A stretch of DNA of 64,000 nucleotides from Geosiphon pyriformis uo1 (Eukaryota; Fungi; Glomeromycota), in NCBI GenBank assembly GCA_016748015.1, contig JAAOMT010000128.1, positions 689,538 through 753,537 of the forward strand. Direction: 5' to 3'. Below are positions 53,270 to 64,000 of the stretch, one piece after another. A program made the position numbers and the translations under genes. The notes below the pieces were generated by a model, which saw nothing but the letters and a program-made list of their open reading frames with translations, did not search any database and had not been told where the DNA came from. Within the stretch, counting starts at the first letter, position 1. Each line of letters starts with the position of its first letter.

Positions 53270-55270
53270 GTTTTTTTTTATTTTTTTATTTTTATAAATA
53301 CAGTTTAACTACTATTTAATATATAGAAACAAAACAAGTAAATCAAACTAAATATGGCTTATGCACTTTCTACATATGATTAGTCATTTAAACCAATTAA
53401 AACAATACTATACACTTATAAAAATCTTTGTACTATTGTCTAATCCAGAAAAAAACAAACAAGGTCTATATAAATCAAAACTAATAGCAAAAGATTTAAT
53501 AATACCTAACAAACAAACCACTTTTTTAGACAAAAAATTGGACAAACCACATGACAAATTAAACACCACATTTATATAACTAACTAGGCCACTCTTTTTC
53601 ATATTTACTCTAAACTTAGATTTTAATAATTATAATCTACTATAATACTTATTAGCCAAATGACAAACAAAATTAATTACTATTAACACTGTTTTTTTTT
53701 TATCTTTAAAAACAGATACTGTTTCCTTAACCCATTTCTTAAGAACAAAGTCTTAATACAATACTATATATACACCAACATTTAAAACATCCAAAGAAAA
53801 AGTGTACAATACTAAAAATAATAATAAAAAACAATCTTCTGCCAAGAACTTTCACAGTTCAACATAATCAGAAAGAATATTAGAGTATATAAGAACATCT
53901 TTAAAGCAAGTAAAAGCATAATCAGGCAGCTCAATATCATCACACATCAAGCACAAAATGTCCAAATAATTCTTATTATATAGTCTTTTATAAACAGCAA
54001 TTAACAATTTTCTGTGGATGGTTTTTATCAAATATGTAAACAAAACAGCTAATTTCTTACTGGTAAATTCAATCAACATGTAAAAATCTGAATGCCAAAC
54101 TAAAGCAGTATAATTCTAATTAATATACTAAATAAACAAATTATTTAAAATATCTGCACCAAAATCTGCTTTCTATAGAGCTTAATAAACAGTTTAATAA
54201 ATATTATAAACAAAATAGTGTGTATTATCTAAAACTACTTGACTATTTACTATAAAAATTTTTTTATAAACTCCAATAAAAAGAGCCAAATATAATTACA
54301 CCACAACACAAATAAAAGCATTTATCTGATCATTATTAATGTTTTTCAAATAATTTTTTACTTTTACTTACTTTACAGAAATATTCTTTAACCTAATCAA
54401 ATTAGTCACATAATATTTTTTTACTTAACACTTATTCTGAAAATCAGATTAACAAAATTTACATTCCAACAAATACACATCCAAAGCTGCTTGGCTATCT
54501 ATATGCAAAACTACTAAGCAAGATGAAAAAACACATTTTAAGACCAAAGCAATTACATACAATTCTATTAATATTAAAGACAATAAACTATACACTCTAA
54601 TATTTACACTTATCCTAATATCAAAAAAATAAGCTGCTGTTTACTTGTTACTTCCACTATATCCAGATTTTTTAATAAACTATTAATATAAACATTAATC
54701 ACTTCAGCTTATATTTCATACAAATATTTACAAACACCTAAAAACTTATTTAAGCAAAAAAAATTTAAACAGTTCTTAATAACAGCATTTTTATTAAACA
54801 CTACAGAAAGATTGCTCATATATACCAAAGTTTTCTTAAATTATAGAGATATTAGACCTCTTAAACTTAATTTTTTTTAATACCAAAAAGTTTTTCAATC
54901 TATAACTTAATTATGTTTGTTTAGTAAACTATCTCCAAAGACAAAATTAAAATATTTTAAGGAATATATCACATTAAAATAATAAGTATTTTCCAATATT
55001 CTGGACATTAGAAAGTGGCCAGATTTATAAAACACATTAGGCAAATTATTAGCCAAAAAAATTTTGGTATCCAAAAAAATTTTCATAATATTTGCCAAAA
55101 AATTATTCTTTAGATCAACTTTCAACTTAACTGAATATTATAAAAAATTCAAAAATGCCTATTCTAAAACTTACAAATCTAAAACACAGTGTTTAAACAA
55201 TTAACCAAGAATTCCAATAGTATTAGAAAATCTAATTACTGAAGTTATTTTTGTTTCAGCTTATGTTTAA
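53270..55270 (-). mobile_element. Degenerate LINE 3' fragment (post-RT region, RNase H, CCHC, 3'UTR, A-tail)
   Basis: 54907-55125 NNFLANIMKIFL matches NNFLVGMVKIFL. 53852-54079 LYNKNYLDILCLMC matches LYDKLYPGVLCLLC. 53408-53602 matches the ORF2 C-terminus. The same 3'UTR follows. Confidence 0.9.
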
Positions 55271-58200
55271 TCTTAAAAAATTTGTTTGTTTTATTTTGTA
55301 ATATAATTGTAATATCTTTAGTATATTTTGTATCTATAACTTTTCTTCTAATAATGATTTTTTTGCTTGTTAATAATAATTGTAAAGTAATTTGTATTAT
55401 TGCTTTTAGTAGAATTTTAAAAACAATTTTAAAATTAATTTTAGTTAAAGATTTTGGTTAAAAGATTAAAGTATTTTTTTCTGAATATTATAAGTCATAT
55501 TTAACATCAATATTATAAGCTTTTTCTGGCTTAATTTTTTAACTATTGTTATTAAAGTATTTCAATTACAATATTAATTAATGTTTAATTAAGTAGATTA
55601 GTATTGTTAACAGTTTTTTTTGATTCAGGTTTTCCAAATTTGATTTTGTATTTATTATTTTCAATAGATAATAATATGTTAAAAGCACAATATTTTAAAC
55701 ACTATTAGTTATTACATAACATGAAATATTTTTTACATAATTAAATGTTCATTTGTTTTAATCATTAAATTTGAATTTTTTTGAAAAGATAGATGTAACT
55801 AGCAATTTAATGATACTTTTTTATTTTATTTTCATAGTTGTATTTAGTAATTTCAAAAATATACTCAATATATTCAGCTTCTTTTATTTAGTAAATATTT
55901 TTTTGGGTGGCTCTATTAATTAAAACTATAATGAGATCATAAATTATTTTAGCATTATGTAAATAATAACAAAGTTTATTAAAAGTACTGTTGTATATTG
56001 TGTTAAAAAATGTTTTTTTTCTGACTTTTTTAGAAATTGATAAAACATATTAACAAATTTAATTGCATACTCTTTCTCTTATTGCAATATTAATTTAGTT
56101 GTATTCTTTAAGCAGTAATTTTCTACATGTAAAATAATATGTGTTGTTCTATTTTCTATTTTATTTTAGGCTGCCAAATTATTTTTAGTAACAGATTTTA
56201 CAGTAATAACAGATATAAGTTTTATATTTCTTTTCAAGCAATATGTAAACTTTTATAAATAAAAGCTTTTTGTTATAATTTTTGTATTTAAGTAGAATAT
56301 AAAATAATTGCTTTTTTGGTTCTAGTTTTAAATATAAGACATATTAATTATTAACTGATTTAATTACAAAAATAGATTGTTAACTAGTCTTTTTAGTCCA
56401 TAGTATTATTGATTATAATATGAATGTTTTGAATAACTGCTTTGTTTTTTCAGTCTAATTTAATATTAATTCAAGAATTATATAAGTCTTAGTAATTGGT
56501 TTTTTTTCTTTTTTAAATTTAAACACTATGACTTTTTAAGATTGTTTGTTAAAAGTATTACAAATAGCAGCTACTCAAGTATATTATTCTTGATATAAAA
56601 TCCTTGATTTTTAAGTTTCTTAATTTAAATTTGCATTGGCTTTGAGAAGTTAATTATTTCTAATTAGAGCTTGGTATTGAGATGTATTTATGACTAAAAT
56701 CTTGATTAAAATAGTAATTTTATTAATTGTAAAGAGAAATTGTTAATTTTTCTAACTAAAATCTTTTTTATACTATCTGCTATAATAATAATAGTCTGGA
56801 CTAGTCTATTAATACTATGATTAAGTTGTTGTATTAATTGATAAGTAATAATACTTCTAGCAGATTTATTGTTTAAAATTAAATAAATTGGTTTTTTTTT
56901 TACTTCAGCTTTTATATATATTGTTGTAATTGTTTTTTGTTTTATAATAACTATATTGCTAAGCAAAAATGGTAATTTATTTGCTTCAAATTCGAATAGA
57001 AAAATATTAGAAAAATTGGTATTTTCAGCAATTCTGACTGGTAAAATTATGTAATTATTAAAAAAGATTTATCTTGGTACTGCAATTTCATTTTCAAAAA
57101 GTGCAGTTTGTTAAAAATTTGATTCTTTTGATATTGTGAGATAATTAGATTAAGTGTAGTAATACATGGGCTTTTGTTCAGCTAAGTTTTAAAAAACCAA
57201 TTAATTATTTAGGTTTATTTTGTTGTTATTAAAAAACTGATTTTATGATGTAAATTGGTTTTGTCAAACCAATTTTTTAGTAAGTACTTAATATTATTAA
57301 GTGAATAATATAAAGCAGATAGCTCTAAAGAAAATTGTATTTTAAGATAAGATTAAGATACATTGTCTTAAAAAGAAAAGCTTTTCTTTTATATAACTTA
57401 TTATAATATTAGTATATGAATTTTAACTTTTTTTTTGTTATGATTTTAACAAATTAAAAATATATTTTAATAAATTACAAGTTATTTCTACAAATCATTA
57501 ATTATTTTGTTAAACTATTAAAATATTTTACAAATTTTTAAATATTACAGAGTTTAGATTATTATATTTATATATTATATAAATCAAATTATTAATTGAA
57601 TAGTAATATTTAATAATATGATTAAATAATAAGTAATAATTAAAATAATAAGTAATAATTAAAATAATAATAATATATGCTAATTAATACTAAAAATTAT
57701 AAAGAGAATTTTATGTTATTTATTAACTAAATTTTACTGGTAACTATATCAAATAAATATGTTCTAAATAGTAGAATTGTAATTATTTTATTAATTTAAA
57801 TTATTTCCAAGTTTTTTGCATTATTTTTAGATAGTTAATAAGTAGAATAATAGTTTTTATAGAACTAAAATTTTGGTTTTTATATTTAGTCTTTCTTAAT
57901 TTTTTTTAGATTTCAGTAGTAATTAATCTGATAATTCAGAGTAAAAATAAGAAAATTTTTTGTACAATTCTTTTTTTTAATTTAATTATATATGATTAAT
58001 CTAATTTATTGTGTAATAAAATTATAAGATTATTTATATATTTAAAGTTTATAATTTTTTCTTTGATATTAATTTTTTTTTGGCTAAGTTAGATTGAAAA
58101 ACTATTTGTACTATGATTTCAATTGGTATTTTAAATGCTATTTTTAGATTAATCATAATAAAAATAAAAGATTTTAATATTAATATTTAATTTTTAGAGT

Positions 58201-59990
58201 ATTAAAAATCAAATCTAGTATTGTTTAAATGTATTTATTCTAGTAAAATTCTTTGATTGTTATTAAAAAAACATTTAAAATTTAGTTTTTGTTAAAAGTA
58301 TATAAATTGTTTGTTAGTGTTTTTAGTGTTTGTAAAATTTTGTTTTATGCTTTAGAATCTGAATAATTTCCAAGTTAAATTGCCTTTTTTAATAGTTTAA
58401 GCTAAAATTAACAATCAAAACATTATTGTAATTAATAAAAAATTAAATAATTCTTATATAAATAAGTATTAATCTGTATAAAATATTGTTTTTGTTCTTC
58501 TTATATTGAACAAAATTTCTAATAATAATCTTGAAATTCTTATAAAAAGTTTAAAAAATTGTATTTAGCAACTTTTTTAATTATTTTTAAGAGTGTTTTC
58601 CAATTTTAACTTTTTTTGGCCATTTTATTTTGTATATTTGCTTTAGTAATTATTATAGATAAATTAGATATATGATGATAATATTTGGTGCTCAAAATTT
58701 GGGTTTTTAGAAAGCTTTTAAAGGTTTTCTTTTGGTTGACTTGTTTAGTGTATCAGTATTATCAGTCTCTAAAGATTTTTTTAATTGATGTAAATTTATT
58801 TATAGAGTTTTTTAGTTATAAGGCACAAAAAAATGGTTTTGCAGTGTTGTAACTTTGTATATATAAGCTATTTTTTCTGAGCTAGTTGAACATAGTTACA
58901 GTGTTTTTTTGCCCTTTTGGTAAGCTAACAAAATAATATTAATATCCAATCTTAGAGGAAGCTTCTTTTTTTTACCAGGCTATTACAAAGTCTATTTTTA
59001 AACAATTAATTTTTTTATATTGCTGTTCTACAAGAGAAAATAAAAAAAAATAAAAAAAAAATAAAAGAGGAGAAATTAGTATCATTAATTGCCATAATTA
59101 AAAGTAATTGGTTCAAGTTATAATGATTCAAGATGGTTTTATATTAAGAACATCTGACTAAAAATAAAAGTAAGAACAAGATTAATTCAACTAAAACATA
59201 CAAATATAAGAATCATATAGATATGAATTTTGGGTTTTTAATATTTTTTTATTTTAGTAATATAAGATATAAGATGTAACAAAAGATATATAGTAAATAT
59301 AGGTAGAAAAAAGTTAATTCTTGTTTATTTGTCTGTCTTTTTATCTTCTATAACTACTCTTTTTTATACATTTCTTTTAGTTTTATAAAACTGCTTTTGA
59401 TTATTTTGTTATTGCTAATTATTGCTTGCTATTTTTGTTATTGCTTTATTTTTCTATATTATTACTAGTTATTCTAAGTTTAACTAGTTTTTTTGTGCTA
59501 TATTATATTCTTGTATTTTGTATTATGTTATTCTGAGTTATTATACATTATTCTGTATTATTTCATGTTATTTTGTGTTATTTTATGTTATTATATTTTG
59601 ATCATGTTTTTTCATAACTTGAATTGGTTTTTTATTTAGGTAACAGTAGTTATTTTTTGAGAATTTACAGATATTTGAATAAGAAAAACTATAGGTTCTG
59701 GTTTTAATTTACTTAAAAATTTATTTATTTTTGGTATATTGTTTTCAGGTTTAAATTTAAATTCAGATTTAAATTTAGATTTAAATTCTCAAATGGCTTG
59801 AAAGTTTGATTGTAAAGGTAGTAGATTTAAGAATTACAAAAAATATTTCTCTAAAATAAATTTTTTAAAGAGTTTTTCTTTGAATAAAATATGAACATAA
59901 TTAAGAATTTAAAAAATTGTTTTTATGATAAATAAAGATACAATTCTTAATATTATGTTTTAATTATCTGATAATAGATAATAAGATAAG
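55270..59990 (-). mobile_element. Heavily degenerate Ty3/Gypsy-like LTR retrotransposon relic (gag-protease region)
   Basis: 56706-56966 AEVKKKPIYLILNNKSARSIIT reads as a G>A-eroded retropepsin motif (LILDSGSAGSIIT), followed by an eroded Q.L.GNDWL motif. Outer boundaries are poorly defined. Confidence 0.65.
57375..57745 (-). repeat. Inverted partial copy of repeat family B within the Gypsy relic
   Basis: cttaaaaagaaaagcttttcttttatataactt is close to the reverse complement of ttgtataaaagaaaagcttttctctttaag (~61880). Similarity continues to ~57745. Confidence 0.75.
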
Positions 59991-61509
59991 ACTTTTGATA
60001 ATATAATCTAAAGTTTTTTATATAATAAAATTAGTATTTGCTATTAATTTATATATTTTTAATAGAGTATTTATATTGAGATTTTTGGTTTTTGTTGTTT
60101 ATTTTAGTTATTGTTTTTTCTTTTATTTTTGTTAAATGTAAATAAAAAACTTTGCCAAATGTATTTTTTAATTTTTTAGTATATTTGTATCAAAGTTATT
60201 AAAAATAATTGTGTATTAAGTAATATAATATGTTGAATTGATTTTTAATATAGGTTTTATTTTTGTTCTTAAAATTTTGGGCTTTGTTTAAATAGATATT
60301 GAATTTAATAATACACATAGTAGTTAAAAATTAATTTAGCTAAAAAACAATTATTAAGTAATCTCAATTTTTCTTAAAATATAAATTTTAGCTAAAAAAA
60401 TTAGAAGTTGTTGTTAGTTTTATTACTTTGATCTATTGATTTATGTAATTAATTATTGCTAGAATTTAAATAGCTTGGATAGATTAAAATTAAACTTTAA
60501 AGTAGATACTAAATATTACAAAAAAGTTTTCTTTAGAGATTGTACTATAATTAATTTCTTATACAGTCTTAGATTAAATAATAATACAAAAAATTATCAA
60601 CTTTTAATATGATTATAAGTAGATTAGTCTTAATAAGTATTATTTTTAATTTATGTTAAATTCTCATTTAATAAATTATTATTATTTTCTTATTTTAGGA
60701 CTTAAAAATTAACTTAATGAGTTTTTCTTAACTTTTAACAAGTATTAAATAATTTTCTTTAATAAATACTTTTTATTTAATTTAATATGTTGTATAATAT
60801 TTATGTTACTGTTGATAACTACTGTTATACTAATCTTCTAAAAAGAATTTTTGTAATATTTTTATATTTTTATTTGTGTTTTTTTTTAAAACTTTTATAG
60901 AGATATTTTTTTTATCTTATATTAATATCAAACATTTGTATTTCTTTGTTTATAATAAAGTAGTACTTTATTTTTAATAAATTTAAAAAAAATTAAATAA
61001 GAAAAAGTAAAATTTAATAAAATTAGTATTCAAAAATAATCTTAATTAGAAATTATTTTTTCAAAACATAAAAAAATTGTTCCGAATTTTTAAATTGTTT
61101 GTTAATTTTGGCCAAAGTATTATTACAAGTAAATTTTATGTGATTGTATATAATTAATATTTTTCTAACATGTTCTTAATTTTGTTAAGTTTGAGTTTTA
61201 TCTGTATTCTGTTATTATATTATGTATTTTATTGTTTTTATTAATAGAAAATGACAATAAAAATTTGGTAGTCTTTTTTTTTTCTTTTTTGAGCTTTTTA
61301 TTAAGACTTGAATTACAAAAAGGAAAGATTTCTAATTCTATTAATTTTATTATTAATAAATATTATAATACAAAGTTAAAAAAACACACTTTCTAATTTT
61401 TTTTGGAATTATAATTTAATTTTATTTAATTAACTTGTTATTTGTTTATTCTTTTTTTTAGTTAAAAAACTATTATATATATATTTTTTAAATTATATAT
61501 AATTATTGT

Positions 61510-62485
61510 TATTAGTAGAATTTAGTTAATAAATTAACATGAAATTATTTTTATAATTTTTATTATCAATTAGCATATTAGTATTGTTTTAATTATTACT
61601 TATTATGTAATTATATTATTAAATACTATTATTTAATTAATAACTTAATTTATATAATACACAAATGAAATAATTAGATTATGCAATATTTCGAATTTTA
61701 TAACAGTCAAAAATTCACCAAAAGTTATAGAATTTTGTGAAATAATTCAATAGTTTACTAAAATAATTTATAATTTATAATTCATAGAAACAATTTATAG
61801 TTTACTAAAATGTATCTTTGGTTTATCAAAATAATAGTAAAGAAAAAAGTACAAGTTTAAAAACTAGTACAATAACAAATTGTATAAAAGAAAAGCTTTT
61901 CTCTTTAAGAAAATATATTTTACCAAAGAATAATAATCTTAGCTAAAATTAACTTTATTAAAAATATCTTTCTTTAGTATTTATACAAATTGTTTCAATA
62001 AAAATTATATTAAAAAACAACAAAATTTATAATTTTATTTACTTAAAATTCTCCAAATTCTGATTAATGTTTTGAAATTTATTAACTATTAATTTTAATA
62101 AATCATTAGTAATTTCAAACTTAAACAGAAGATAATTTTCGTAACAAAATTTTTTTTTTATTTAGTATAATTATTAGAGTAGCTTACAAATAAAATTTTT
62201 GTAGAAGAGTTAACTTTTCTAACAAAGTAACTACACATTTTAGTAAGCTTCCAAATAAACATTTCTTAAAAAAAAATTAATTTTTATCATAAAATAACTA
62301 TATAAGTAACTAATATAAAATTGGTTATTTTATTTATAAGTCTAACAGTTTAAATTATAAAAGATAATTTGAAAATAAATTCAGTTATTAGAAATTTAAC
62401 AGCTTTTAATAATTGTAAATTCGCAACAAAATAACAGTAACAATATTTAAAAAAAAAGACCAAAAATCTTTAATAATATTGTGTC
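61510..62485 (+). repeat. Repeat family B copy
   Basis: Colinear with 6555-7500 and retains somewhat more C/G. Confidence 0.8.
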
Positions 62486-64000
62486 TATTCTAATTAATTA
62501 GTAAATAATTGCTAAGTTATTAGGTCTTTTATTTGACTGTGAATGTTTTTTGTATTATTATTTTTGGTTTTTGTTAATTTCTATTAGATAATAATAGAAC
62601 ACTTTTTAAGAGATTGCAACAATTTTTTTCTGCTTTTATTAGTTTTTAGAAACAATAATAACCAAAACAACAAATCTAACAATAATAGTGCTTTTAATTA
62701 AAGATCTAATTATGTTAATATTAATTTCTTTAGAGAAAATTTCTTAATTAAAATTATTATTTATTAGTCTTTAAATTAGTAGACATATTTCTAAAAAATA
62801 AGAATACAAGTCAACCAAAAAAAATTTTTTTATGCTTTTAATTTAATTAATAAAATAAATTAACTATTAATTTTACTAAATTTACAAAAAAAAAAAGTTA
62901 AGATTAATTTTATTTCAGATTTTAACAAAGTCTCAACTTTTACTACTGATAATAATAAGTCACTAAAAGCTAAAGTTTTTAAGAATTTTCTAAAATTAGA
63001 ACTTTTAAAAATTGTACAAAAATTTAGATCTTATTTTATTATTAAAAATTTTATAAAAATCCCAATATATATTATTTTTAATTAATTAATAATCTATTTT
63101 TAATTCAAAAAAAATCTTTACAAATTTTTAATTTCAAAGAAAATTTTTTTAAAATTAATAAATGTTTTTAACAAACTGAATTTACTAACAATAGTAATAT
63201 TATCTTTTTAATTTACAAAGTTTAAGTGATTGGTTATTTTATTAATCTGATTCTAAACAATAAATTATTTGTTAATATTATTCTTAAATACTTTCTTAAA
63301 ACAATTGGTAAAAAAATAAATAAATTTTCAATTCAACTTATAAACAATATACAAAAAAAGGCTTTTGTATAACCAAAGCTGTTCTTGTTTATATTAATAA
63401 CATTAGCATTAAAACTAACATAAAAATTTCTAAAACAAAAAAGTATATTATAATTGTTAACAATAAATGGCCTAATAAAGTAAAAGTTTTACTTAATTAT
63501 AAACTGTATAAACTAATTATTAGATATGATAAGAAGCTTATTATGATTAAGTATTATCATTAAACAACTTTTTTAATATCTAAACAAAACCAAGAAAAAG
63601 AACAATTAAATAAATTAGATAATAAAAAAAGTAATAAAAAAGAAAAAAAAAGAACAAGAAAAAACTATTAAACTTATTTATATTATTTTTACTAGCAATA
63701 GCAAGTTATTAAATAATATCAAAACTAACAAAGAAAAAATTATTGTAAATAACAAGTTAATCTGTTGGTCTTATTATAATATCTTTAAAAGAATTTTTAA
63801 TAAAAAATCTGATAATATAATTACTAGTAGTAGAGTTTTTGTATATAGTATTAGTGTAATAAACTATTGTATTTTTCTAATAATAAATACATGTTTTGTC
63901 TAATTTATTACAAAGATTGGGAACTTATTAGCCTAATATTTAAAGAAAAAATAAAAGAAATAAAAAAATTTTTTGAAAATAAACTGCTTGAAATTTAATT

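Overview
Eukaryotic, intron-rich fungal DNA. It is most likely Glomeromycotina; the repeat families resemble those I recall from Geosiphon pyriformis, which is an inference. The window has three parts. (1) About 1-16.7 kb is extremely AT-rich and nearly CpG-free. It holds a full-length LINE (ORF1 plus APE-RT-RNaseH ORF2) disabled only by nonsense transitions, a head-to-head heavily mutated ghost of the same family, and a 3' stub. (2) About 16.7-51.25 kb is a compact island of 11 genes: Fus3/Kss1 MAPK, a FANCB-like gene, HIS7, an MTRFR-like GGQ factor, a GHKL/DUF3684 protein, panB, ALG8, PIGN/MCD4, UBC12, a Chs4/Skt5-like Sel1 protein and Tlg1/syntaxin-6. (3) About 51.25-64 kb is AT-rich, with LINE and Ty3/Gypsy relics and dispersed repeats. 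Main points of interest: a graded RIP-like C>T/G>A erosion of repeats that stops sharply at the island edges, two clear AT-AC minor-spliceosome introns plus a possible U12/U2 overlapping intron, and a candidate fungal FANCB.
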